DNA from: Catajapyx aquilonaris | Taxonomy: Eukaryota | Direction: 5' to 3' | Length of the DNA stretch: 47,207 nt | NCBI GenBank assembly: GCA_000934665.2 | Contig: JYFJ02000771.1 | Span: forward strand, 62,001-109,207 | In this document: positions 26,828-39,200 of the stretch, one piece after another | Position numbering within the stretch: position 1 is the stretch's first letter | Layout: each line of letters opens with the position of its first letter | Translations under genes and position numbers: made by a program | The notes under the pieces: model-generated | The model's input: the letters and a program-made list of their open reading frames with translations, nothing else | Database searches by the model: none | What the model was told of the DNA's origin: nothing

Positions 26828-27249
26828 TTAACACTGGCATGTTCAGTTTACAAAGAAATTGAACTTTGGTATCTTAACTATACAGTAATCTTGAGTGGCA
26901 TATGGAATTGAATCAGCTTATTGAAAATTAGACTTCTGTTTGCTTTGTAATAGATAAGATAATAAAGGTACTATAGGCAACTTTTGACTATTATCAAATT
27001 GCTGTCAACTTTTCTTCAATAAACTAAAGACAGATACGGTCGAGGATACGGTAGCCGACACTGGCGCCTCCCTGGTGGTCATTGGAGCCAAAGAGAGTGC
27101 TTGTTGTAGTTTGTGGTGGGGGCGGTGTTGTCTCTTGTCTGCTCGAGCAATGGCGTCCAGCTGCTGATGCTGCAACTGCTGCTCCTTCATCTGCGTCTGC
27201 TTCCCTCCAAAGGGCAGGGAGAAGAGTCACATGCGAAGCCTGGACGCCA

Positions 27250-30200
27250 ATGGCTAGCAAGAAGGCCGCGCCTCAGGTATAGTAGAAGCAACATTAGAAG
27301 AAGCAGTTTGAATCACACCCCTGCTGTTTCGACGTGGATGACAGACAGACACGAGCCGAGACTAATACCTGCGACTGCTTCATTTCAGGCTGTGTCCCAG
27401 CCTGGCCTAGTAAGGCAGGGTTTGGGCCGCTCATCACTCAGGAAGGTCCTGCCCACCCTCCCAGATGCGGACGCACAGCTCCCTCTGCCGCTGCCCATCA
27501 CCAGGGCCATTGACAACAACGCCTCATCCAGAACCATCCCACAGTCCATCTCCATGCCCACTTCTTCGGCTATGCACACCAATGGGAGCGAGGCGGGCGA
27601 GAGGGATGCCGCTGCTTCTTCACTCAGGAGCCCTGGTCCTGGACAGTATTTCGCTCCATTTGTCAGGGAGTACTTCCTCCTATCTGAGTTGTGAGTATGG
27701 ATTTGTGCAACGCTGTGAAACCTTGATTCATTGGTTTTGTCAGGATCTCTGATGGATATGGGAAAATAATTTTAATAATGCAGGAGCCTGGGTTAAATAC
27801 CAGGATTAGTTCCAGGACCACAGCATTTGAACAATGCACCGAGGAAAAATAGGTCGAGGTTTCACTATAGTCAGGTTCTTCTGATTAATAGGCCACTAGT
27901 GTTATCACACTATTACTGACCCCATTTGGTGGACAATTTCATAGATTCATGCTCAGCTGAAGATCCCACCTCTCCTGCCTGCCTAATTTATGGACTATCC
28001 CTAATCCGAGTTCCTTTTGTTGCGTTATTACCATATTATCTCACATAAAGCAGCATGCCGGTATAACCCGGGGGGTGGCCGGCATGCCACAATAACCGAG
28101 GTGGATTCGGGTGGATTTACGTAATTTTGATCCTTGCCAAAAAAATTTGAATGCTTCTGGTTCTGTACCGTACTAAAATAATGTTACAATGAAATGGGCA
28201 AGTGTGCAGGCAAGTTCTGTTGCACAGTGCATGTCAAAAAATGTAGAGAATGTGACCAATCTCATTGTCAGCCTGCTTTGACAGGGGAACCCACTGCTCC
28301 AACATACTGTTTAAATAGAGATTATTGCCAGACACTGCAACCAATATCATTATGGTACAGGTACCCTATTTGGAAAAGATGCCTTTTCAATACCCTTTAC
28401 GAGAATGTCGATTTTCTGGCAAATGTCAAGTTCGGAAAAGATAATGTAACTTATGTGAAAACCTCGCCTGAGACCAGCGTACCTCGGCTTATACTGGTGT
28501 GCTGGTATAGCCACCAAATCACGCATTTCTGAAAACTGTTCGACCTCGACTACACTGGCATGCCGCTTTATGAGAGGTAATACGGTGCATGGAAGCACTG
28601 AGTCAAGTGGGTTCAAGCTAAGTTTGTGCAGCTCTCTGGGTTTTTGATGTGGCCCATATTTCCATACCTTGCCATATGATAAGGGCTGGAAATCCCTATG
28701 GTAATTATTCTAATTATGAACTACGATTAACCAATGAATACAGAAATCCCCTTGTTTACCCAGGTAAATGCTAGTTTGATGCTTACTCAACACTATTAGG
28801 AGTCAATGGCAGTGTTAGAATGTAACAATTAATGCCAAAAATTTAGTAGAAGTGAAATCCATGCTTATTAATACCATCAGTGAATAAATTTATTGTATCC
28901 TTCTAGGAGTCGTCTTCAGAAGCAGAAGTTGCCAGGGATTTATGTTGTTCCATCTGCGAAAAGCCTGCTACGTGAGTAGCCTTAATCATGCAGTGTTTTT
29001 CACAAGTTAAGTTTTTTGTTTCACTTCAGATTGGTTTGGTGTGATATCTGTGAGGCAAGGACTGTATGAAGAAGGGATCTTCCGGTTTAACCTGCTCCTT
29101 CCAGAAGACTTTCCAGATGGAAACTGTCCTGTAAGTAATAAGCGAGGCTTTAGCCAAATTCTGCATGATTTTCCATGCTTTTTTCTTTCCAGAGGGTGTT
29201 CTTCACGCCACCAATTTTCCACCCAAGTGTGAACCCTGACACTGGAGAGCTTGATGTCTCAAAAGGATTTCCCAAGTGGAAGCGAGGAGTGCACTTTATA
29301 TGGCAACTGCTTCTGTATATTCGACGTGCCTTCTACAAACTGCCAAGGGATGGAAACAATCCAGCTGCATTGATGTACCAGACTGACATCGATGCTTTTA
29401 AGGATGAGGCGAGGCAGACAGCACTTGCTTCCAAAGAGAGACTGTTTGCTCCACCCGATACGGATGATCCACACTACATACAATTCTCACCATTCGACGC
29501 GACTACTCACACCCCAATGCTGAATTGCCTTCGGCAGGGACAGCCACTTGAGGTAGTTTCACTTGTTTGCGAGTTGGGTCACCTAACATCTGTAATCCTG
29601 CGCAAAACAGCTGTGACTATGAAAGGCTGTATAGTCAAAAATGTGTCTGAAGCAGTCGTAAGTGCTACGGATCTCTTGTTACAGTGTTCTTGTGAAGGTC
29701 TGCAGACCAAGGAACTAATTGGTGAAAAAACATGACAGGGCTATTGTATGAATGCAAATTTCCTGGGCACAATATCTCACATAAACACATACTGTACCCT
29801 ATCATTTTATGCCTTTATGGGCTCTTATTTTGCCAAGTCTCAAATGAAACATCGCCTAAATGCAAATGCCATGAATTCCATATTTTCTGATAAAAGGAGA
29901 TTTTTTCCTCCAAACATCATAACCTCGACACTGCATTTTTAATGGCAGTGTTTCCACACTGATTTACCAGGATTGATAAGGGTATTTGATAAGACCTTGA
30001 GCAATGACAATGTGTCATGAAACCTGCACATACAAAAGGCCTCTTTACACAATCATTTTGCTAACGTTCGTTCTTGACACAACGTTTTTAACTCAATTCT
30101 GTATGCAAGGCCTTCAAATTCGTACTTGTTAATGGAAGTCGACCGGTAGTAGCCAAGACTATGTAGTAACTTGAAAAGGAATGGAAAGGTTGAGGGATTG

Positions 30201-30460
30201 AAAATTGACCACTTTTTTTTTTGAACTTTTCGGATTGAGCATTGTGGATCCACTGGTTTATAACCCATCGCAGAAAAATTCTCTCTCCTTTGGCGGTCTG
30301 GGTCTTCTGGACCACTGCGCCATAATATTAATTTTGGTTTTCATTACAGAGGTCGTCTGGCACCTCACCTGGACTCTCTTGGGTTCAGAATGGGTCCCTG
30401 GAGCCATTCAAACTTCCTGCCATCCAGCCCGAAAGTGACAGCAAAATGGGTGACTCCTGA
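27250..30460 (+). CDS. AKTIP: AKT-interacting protein / crossbronx homolog (UEV, catalytically inactive E2 fold); exons 27250-27276, 27389-27690, 28907-28971, 29030-29130, 29193-29552, 30350-30460
   Basis: RKVLP, FAPFVREYFLLSEL, QKLPGIYVVPS, WFGVISVRQGLYEEGIFRF, FPDGNCPRVFF...FHPSV...GELDV...FPKW, DDPHYIQF and the terminal GLSWV motif. The first micro-exon is less certain. Confidence 0.92.
28031..28585. mobile_element. pogo/Tc2-like non-autonomous element, about 555 bp, in AKTIP intron 2
   Basis: About 29-bp imperfect TIRs CCATATTATCTCACATAAAGCAGCATGCC / GGCATGCCGCTTTATGAGAGGTAATACGG; TA on the left flank, TG on the right. Confidence 0.7.
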
Positions 30461-30582
30461 TTGTCCCAGTAGTTTGTAATTACTAATACTATTTTCCCCC
30501 CTCCCCCAATGGTGCTACGGTTTGTCACCAATGATCAATAAAAGACACTTTTGTACATTCAAAACTTTTTGTTGCATTCTGT

Positions 30583-31470
30583 TTATTCCTTCAAGTGTGG
30601 TGGCCTTGGGAGAGTATCTAACAGTGAGAGCAGCTCATGTGATAGGGAATGGAGTTTTCCTTTCCATCGAAATTGTCTGGGTGGTTGTTGGCCTTCCTGT
30701 GCAACAAAGTTTGGTTCTAACTGCTCAGCCAGACTAGATCGGACAAGTCCAACCCCTCCCAATTGTTGTGGGGCTGGGTGATAAAGTCGCCCAGTGTGTG
30801 GAGGCACGCACAATAATGAAGGTTGGAATGGCATGGTCATGACTGCAGAACCAACAGCATGTGCATATTCAAGTCTATCTTGGCCCTTTTCATCTTGAAA
30901 CAGTCGGGTGAACACCACAGGGAGATCGTCGCACCGCACAAAGTTCCGTTCCCGCCCACACAGGGACAAGAACGGGAAGGTTGTCTCGTAGCGCCCGCTC
31001 TCATTGAGTCGTAACCGACGAAAGAAGAACTCGAGGAACTTGACTTCCTTGAAACACGAGGTGAAATTCTTCATTCGGGCATCATCCAAGAAGAGCTGTA
31101 ATCAAATCATTACATGCATTATGCAGGTGCTGAGGTGTTATTAACTGCCCCATTTTTTAAAGAGATTTTATGTGTCATCAAGATTGTGAGGGTTGCTTTA
31201 TCGGTTGACTCGTACCCTTCCTTGATGGTCCACAAAGTAGAAGTACTCCCTCACTCTGGGTTCAGGTGCCTGTCCCTGCACATAAGTGTTCCAGTCTGCC
31301 TCTTTATGACTCTGCGAGAAGAACCGCTTCCCAGGCAACAACCCTTCTCTGTGACTCACACTGCAATAACAACCCTGCAGGTACGGAAAGTTTGTAGATG
31401 ACAACAGTCTGCTCATAACATGACGAGCACTTGTGTTGGGCAACACACGACGCAATTGCTGACAAGACAT
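30583..31470 (-). CDS. C8orf82: UPF0598 / C8orf82-like protein, probably mitochondrial; exons 31470-31216, 31095-30583
   Basis: YVQGQAPEPRVREYFYFVDHQGR|LFLDDARMKNFTSCFKEVKFLEFFFRRLRLNESGRY..FPFLSLCGRERNFVRCDDLPVVFT, GRLYHPAP and GLVRSSLA. Arg/Ser-rich N-terminus. Confidence 0.9.
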
Positions 31471-32418
31471 CGTGCACTGACTGCCCTGAGTCGCCAGATC
31501 AACAGCTGATCAGATCCGGTCACGTCAAACGAACCGGCAACATTGCAAACATCGCAATTACCCAACAGACGTTGTTAGACGGATAATTATTTTTAAACTG
31601 CTTAATGTACTGTACATATATGTATACATATGCCATTTCATAGACATTATTACAATCACGGTATTACAATCGAGCATTGCACAATGTTGCCGCAGTATGC
31701 AGCAGGAACTAGGCAGTCTGCTAAAATTTGCAAATGTGTCCGTAAATTCCGCTTTTTACTAATGGTTTCGACCAGATTTTAGTGCAGTGGTTAATATTGT
31801 GGCAGTTGCAGGCCACACTTTCATGATATCGATAAAACCGGATAAAACGGCGCGATTGGGATTCGAGCCAAATTGGAAAGGTGTGAACTGTGGCACCCCT
31901 GCCGTATGATGACGTCACGAGTGGGAGGGTGGTCAAGTGGGGGAGGGGGGGGGGGNGGGCGAACAGATGTCGTTGGGTTCGCTTCTTCTCCTCTTCTGAT
32001 ATTTTTTTTGTCGTTAGTTGGCTGCACTTGGCCAGTGTTGTGGCGAGCATCTGCTCTAGCTTCGTGTGTGTGTGTGGAGACGAGAACAATACGTGTGTGT
32101 AACCGACGACTTTTCCAGCAGGGGAAGGACAGGACGTACCGGGGTTTCATGCCACCAACACAGGTGATGTTGCTGCTGGTGGCGAAATTTTTACGCACTT
32201 TTGTCTGTTGAGGAAGTGGAAATGTTGCCCAGGGGCAGGCAGGCCTCGAGGTGGGGGGGAGGGAGGGAGGGAGACGAAAAAGAAGGAGTGTTCTATTGTT
32301 TTGGCAAAGTTGCGTAATTCAAGAGTCATTGCAGTTTTTTGACCATGAATGTTTTTTGTGCTAAGCGAAGGAATTCAGCATTGTTGGGAAATGTCTGCTG
32401 GGGCAACTGCTTGCTCGT

Positions 32419-32420
<2 letters not shown>

Positions 32421-32471
<51 letters not shown>
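32421..32471. repeat. (AAT)17 microsatellite
   Basis: 51 nt of uninterrupted AAT. Confidence 0.95.
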
Positions 32472-32472
<1 letters not shown>

Positions 32473-33204
32473 GACATGCATTAGTACTGTACTTGGTATG
32501 TCAGCTGCACTTGATCATGGTCAATTCGCAGAATTCACTGGTGACAACAATTTGAATGGTGCAAGTGTTGCAAATTATTGCGGAGATTGGAGAATTTTCA
32601 GACCAATAGAAGAATCTCCTGTTGTGTAACCACCGTTGTGCGTACAACGCCACTATGGGATGGTACTGTATTATTCAATTAAAATGTTGTTAAATATGCA
32701 GCATATAGCGTTAAAAATACAGTATAATAGTAGTCTGATATCCCCACATAAAGTGGTTGTCAATTATATGCTGGCACCATACATCTAACAAGAAGAAAGC
32801 CAGGTACTGATATTTAAGCAAACTCTTTTAAATGGTAATGTCTGATAATATTATCCGATGGTTTTCAGTTACCATCACAGTCACAGCAGTGACATTAACG
32901 TGACTTGTGGTGCGCATTTTATTTGCACTCATTTATCAATCCAGCACCCTCATTTATCAATCTGGCTCCTGGTAATGTACTGTTGTTGCAGAGTTGAAAA
33001 ACCTCTTTTGTGTTGCTATCCCATTGTATTTTGGATTTGCATTCTAATGGTGGATTGATTAACTTTCAGGAGGAGTGAATGGCAACGATGGATGGAAGTC
33101 AAGAAAATGTCCCCTGCACAGTAGGATCCAGCTGTCCAACCAAACCAACTCTTCCACCGTGGACCATGTTGCATGAGCATTGAGCAACAAATAAACCTGA
33201 AATC

Positions 33205-36200
33205 ATGGAGACCAAAAGAGCCTGGAAGCTACGTGAGTTAACAGAACGCTACGCCTACTTGCATTCCACATTTATATCGCACCCACACGTGTCCTTCGTC
33301 TGACTTGCCAATGCTGAATACTTGGTTGATGTGTTCTTTTGGAGAACAATTGTGATTCTCAGCCTCATAATAGGCATTTTTGGGGCAGGGCTGCAGCTGG
33401 TACGGTTTCTGCAAGTAAGAGGGGTCTGAGTTGGGAGTAGGTAAAATGCACGTGTGGGCTGTGCTACGCCTTCCAATATTTTAATTGCACAAGGATTCAG
33501 GGGAAGGCAGGTAGGGACAATGGGTTCGTAGCATAGCGAGGTTTCCCAGTACGGAAACTGGTCCACCCACGACCCCCCACTCCTATAACTGCCTGACTCG
33601 GAATTTGCATTCGTCTGCATGCTGCCTCCTGGATGTAACGCTATATACAGTCCCCAGTTGAAAATTTGTCCCCACATGATGAGTTATTCCTGGCCATGAC
33701 TGATGAATGTACATACAACTGATTGCTCAAATGTTTTCAAGGTTGCAGAACTTCATTTTCCCCCCCTCAATGTCCCCACCCCCTTCCACCCTTTGGGCAG
33801 GTGATGAGGGAGGGCAAGGTTTGGTGGCTGCAAAGGGGGGCAAACAGCAGAAAAGTCCTTGAGAGAAGAAGAAGGCAAGGCAATGTTGAGGGGTGGTGGG
33901 TATGATAAATGTGCAAGTGAGGTGTCCTGGATATAGGCAAGGCCGTCAAAGGACCTTTCCCCCCACACCGCAACCACCACCGAGTGTCCATCATGGGATA
34001 CATTGCGTGAGGCTGTCACCTGGAGAGGCTGCCTTCTGCTGTGTGACTGGAACTGTGAGGTGGGGGAGTGTGTTGCCCCCTACTGCGCTGGTGTTGGGTG
34101 ATGGCCCCAGTTCTCACAAGCATGAGCGATTTTCAGCCTCAAAAAAAATAGCAAAAAGGCCCATGAGACTGTACCACTCCAGTACCTTCCACTGCAACAA
34201 AAAAAAATTATCCTTGCAAAAAAAAACATGGGATAGTTGACCATCATCTGCGAGGGCAAAGAAAGGAGCGGAAAAAAGAGAGGACCAAACGGATTTTCGC
34301 AACATTTGCCTTCAGAGGAGAATTGATGTCTGAGTAAATCTCTACCAATTGCATGTGTCTTGCGATGTGAATTTCAAAAATATAATACAATTTGTATTAT
34401 GTAAGTAGTTATCTGCCATAACTATAAGAGGAAGGATTCACCGAATCACCCTGTGGGTTGATCTCAGATATAAGGAAGCGGGTATGGCTGGAGGCAAGAG
34501 TTGGCCCCGGGGTCGATGGCCCCGCCTTGATCCTGGAGTGGGGCTTGTGTTTTGTTGCTGCTCCTTTATCACGAGCGTCAATTACCGCTAATGAGCATCC
34601 GGAGCCGGGGAGCGAGACTTGTCTCAGCGCAGAAAGCGAAAGGAATATAAAGAGACCCCCCTCTTGCAATAGAAGAGGAAGAATAAAACAGCGCTAGACG
34701 ACAAGAGAGGATGACGGAAGGAAACCAGCGGTTTCCAGAAGATAAGAGAAGATAAGGCGGTGTCGCTCTGGCACACCGAATGTCTCGTTATCGCATTACA
34801 TTATTTCCCTTTCAACACCCCCGCCAACTCTCCAGGGTTATATAAACTGGTTTTTGCACGTCCTTTATAGGCGAAAATATTGCCATAAACGCGGTACTGC
34901 ACATGGATGCACAGAATACAGAGTGCAGTACCGGTACCGCCACAATGCAGATCCGGACGAGTAGGTTTCATATCAGTTCCAGCAGAGAAACGGTGCAAAG
35001 TTCGACGTTTTCTGATGTTTACGGGCCAGCATATTGATTACAAATTAAATGACCGATAATGTCTGCTATCTTGTAATCTTGACTTTGATCAGCTCATTCA
35101 GCTGCCAATTTGCGTCCGGAGACTCGATGGATATCAGACCGATGCTGTTAAAATATTTTTGCAAGGGGAAAAACTTGTCTGGCAATATACCCAGGGGTAC
35201 AGTACACGACTGATTGGTTACGCCAGTGCAGCGGTAAACTTCTGGCGTAAACGATCGCTTCACGGAAATCAGTAACTTGTCACACACGAAGGGAGTAATG
35301 GGTCATCTATCCCAGCCCCATAGGCCATTCACTCATGATTACACCTCGCACAAACTATGTACTTCCACCTTCCATTTGTTGACTCATTTTGCGAGGGTGC
35401 AATACCGGTACGGGGCTTTGTATTTTCCTGGCCGGTGAGAAGTTTTCCTTTTTGTCATCTTTTCCGCTTCTCACGCCGCTCTCCTTCGAAGGCGATCACT
35501 TTGATGGGTGCTAATTGAGGTGTGAATTGCAAAAGAGAGGACCCCCCCCCCCCTTCCATATCCAGGACCGTATTAGGGTGGCGTCAAAATTGGGATCTGT
35601 TAGGGACAGCTGGTGTGAAATTGGGCTGGGAATAGAAAGCGGAGAATTCCTGTGTACACGCAACTGCACGAGGGAATATTTGGGAAAGCAAGGTCGACGT
35701 AAAACAGGCCTGGAAAATAACACTATTTAAAGATAAACAGATGAATATGTTGCCCATATGTATTTAATTATTGTTGTTGTTTTTTTCAGAGGAGTTTGTG
35801 GCTCACACTTCCAGCGTGGGATGCCTGGCCCTGGGTCACATGTCTGGTCGCGTGCTGGTCACTGGAGGAGACGACAAGAAGGTCAACCTCTGGGCGGTGG
35901 GAAAGCCAAATTGCATCATGGTCAGTACCTATTTTTGGTCTCGCTACGTTTTTTGTTTGAAAAAAAAAAAATGCTTTCCTGGTGTACCAGTCCGTATTTT
36001 CAGACAATAGAGTGTTTCCTGCTGTAGCCGATAGATGCTATAATATAAAATTTTAATACCCAGCACGGTGTTCCCATTGAAATGTAGTGGTTAGTGATAT
36101 TTTGGCACTATATACTTTTGTTGAGTTTTAGTGTTACATTCTAAAGCTAATTTTACGCCGAATTGTATGACACATTAAAGCTGTAAATTGCGTCGAATTT

Positions 36201-39200
36201 TCGATTAGGAATATCAAATTGGCATGGAACGTTTATGATAGAACCCATTTTTGAAGGTCAGACCAAGGTTGCGAGGGCCCGCTAGTTGGCGTTGATTGGT
36301 AGGAAAATCGTCACGCGCCTGATGAATTCAAATTGGAATATGCACTTCCCTATGATCTGCGTAATAATCTAAATCCACGTCTAAATGAAGCAATAACCAG
36401 GACTTGGGGGCAGATCCAGGCTTATCGTTTTCATTTTCATTGACGCTTTCTCTGGGGGGCGGAATCTCTCTGGGATATTTCTACAAGCTAACTGTGGCAA
36501 CAGATTGTAATCAACGGATTTTACGACAGGATGCCACTGAGCCTGCCAACTGCCAATTCCCATTTTATCTGCTTGTACCAATACCTCAATTTGCTATCCG
36601 TTTTAAACTGGATGGACGTGTATAAACGAGACTTCGATAGATGCATGGATGGATGGGGGGGCATCGACCCAGGGCAAGCACCCTCTTTCTCCCTCTTTTT
36701 TCCCCGCAACCACCCCACCTCCCCCGCCTTCAACCATCGCGTGTCCCATTGTGAGTGTGTGTGTGTGCATATTCCCCCCCCCCCCNCTCGCAAACCCCCT
36801 CCTCCGCACTTCCTTTCGACCTGGTTCACCTGGGCTTCCCCCCCTCTTCTAACCCCCACGAAGCCACTTTCAAACTGAATGCCTACCATGCATATTGTAT
36901 TAGAACCGTCATCGATGTTACCATTTTCCCATTTCATGCAGCCAATGACCCTCTTTTCCAATCCGAACTCGCCAACTTTTGCCATCCCTCCTGAAGGCAT
37001 GGGCCACTGACCCAATTCGGCAAGGTCACCCTGCTCATTCCAACCTGCACCTGCTGAACCCATCCACCCACGACTATTCACTTCATAAGTTGCCACAACA
37101 ACTAACTGCGCTTTTTTATATATAAATGCAAAGCCGCTACATCACCTCATTCGCAGGGGGACAATATGCAGGATTTTTTTTCAGATGAATTTGCATACAT
37201 TGCCCTGGTTCCCAGTTTAACCCAGCAGGCAACAATCGGTTGTTGCAGGGCTGAACAATGGGTGACATGAACCTACATACAGGACAGACCACAGGAAAAA
37301 AGTGTAGAAAAAAATTTGCAGAGCACCACCCTGTGTAGGTAGCTGTTTGGAGGGACGGGCTGATTCACTCTGTATTCATTGGCAATTCTAAGCAGCGGTG
37401 CTGGTGAGCCTAATGGCTTTGTAAATTATACCACGGGTGCAACACGTTTTGGCCTAGAAATGGCAAGTCACGTGTAACGTACAGTATTTCTTTCCTGACC
37501 AATATACTTTATCGTAGCCGGCTTTCACTGCTGTGTGATTCGGTAAAATGCAGTCGAAAGTGGATTGCAAGTACTCGAAACAGACAAATAAAATGTCATG
37601 CTTTGAAGGGTGTTTGCAAATGAGAGTGAGAGGGGCTTGAATAGTGTTCATATACATGTGTTGTATGGTAATGACATGCTTTTGAGAATGACCCTGAAAG
37701 GACAAAGGAGCAACGGTGTCGTCAAGTGCATTGATTTGCTGTGGGCGGAAGCCTTGATTTCCTAGTATTCATTTTGCGCTTACAGGGTGCAAAGTTGATT
37801 CACCTATATGTTGGGTCGTTACACCTCAGGCGAGTCGAATTGCTCAAAGATATTGATCTATAATCAACATCAGCTGAGGCCAAGTGTCAGCTGTGAAAGT
37901 TACAGAAAAAATAATTTGGAAATAAAGTGAATAGTGAGTCGGAAAGTTTTTTTTACGCCATTAGAAAGAGGATGGGTCCATTTTTTAAACCCGGAAAATT
38001 TCATAAATTTCCTAGATAATGAAATATGCTCCATATCCACCTTTAAAAAAGGATCCGAAATAGAAAGTTAAGCCCGTTAATACACGAACACCCCGCGGGT
38101 CAAGGCACTGACATTATCTGTGGGATTTATTTGATTGTGAATATTACGGCACAAGTTTGGTTACATTTAACAAGAAGGAAAAACTTTCAGGTAAGCCAGT
38201 AATACACGGTTTAGCTTGTTTTCACCGTCTGATTAGGATATTTTCGAGTAAAAGTGTTTCATCGGATGTGGTAAATAAAAAAATTACTGCAGCCTTTTCA
38301 AGCCAGCAAGAAAATATCAACATCCTGACACTTTCAGATCGGATGGTTGATTGTAGTTGTTGCGGTTGAAAAAGTTGAGTTGAACTGGTTTTTTACTCGT
38401 CGCAGGTTATGTGGAAACACAATTATTGATGCCTTAAAAAAAGTTTATGGTACAAAATTCGAATGAAGCCCTTTAAACGCATGCTCAATTGAACCGACAC
38501 ATCGCCGCTGCATAAATTGAAAGGTTTGCCGGCCTTATCTATATTTTTGTAACTGTGGACCATGAGTGAGGATGGTAATAAATGGCGGTCGTCCAGCTTT
38601 GATTCATAACACTTGAGGTGGAAGGAGCTGACCACGTATTGCTGCTAATTTTTTTTTGAATAGTGATTAAATCAAAACTGGGCGCTTTGATTTAATTCTG
38701 CATCACGTGAGTTAGATGCTGCGTGACTTCAAAATTATTACTCGATGTTCTCACGAATACATGCGTCATTCTGCGAGTTTCGTAACAAAAGTTCAGAAAT
38801 TCCAGCTGATAGGTGTTCAAGGAATTGAGAAATGAATCGCGAGGACCGTGGCATATGGCGCAGCATGCTATTGCCAAGTTTATTTGCCTTTTTTAAATGA
38901 CCGGCAGTGTGTGAGATTTGAGATATCATGACCGACCGTTATTTTCGATGACGTCACTCATTGCACCCATTGTTCTCCCGAGCGCTGCCAATAGGGTGGA
39001 CTTAACATGTCATCAACTTACGGCGACTTTTAGCTTACGAGATAACATACAGGTTCTAGAAGAAAATAAAAATTATGCTGAGCAGATAATTACTAAGCAT
39101 CATGTGGCTACATGCGAGGCACAATATGGTAGATCTGTTGTATGTTTAATATTCGAATATTAAACATACAACAGATCTACCATATTGTGCCTCGCATGTA

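Noticed and set aside
32349..32555. Poly-Asn ORF
   Set aside because: Translation of the (AAT)17 microsatellite.
36521..37096. 191-aa minus-strand ORF in a KATNB1 intron
   Set aside because: Low-complexity G/C runs with an ambiguous base; no domain or splice support.
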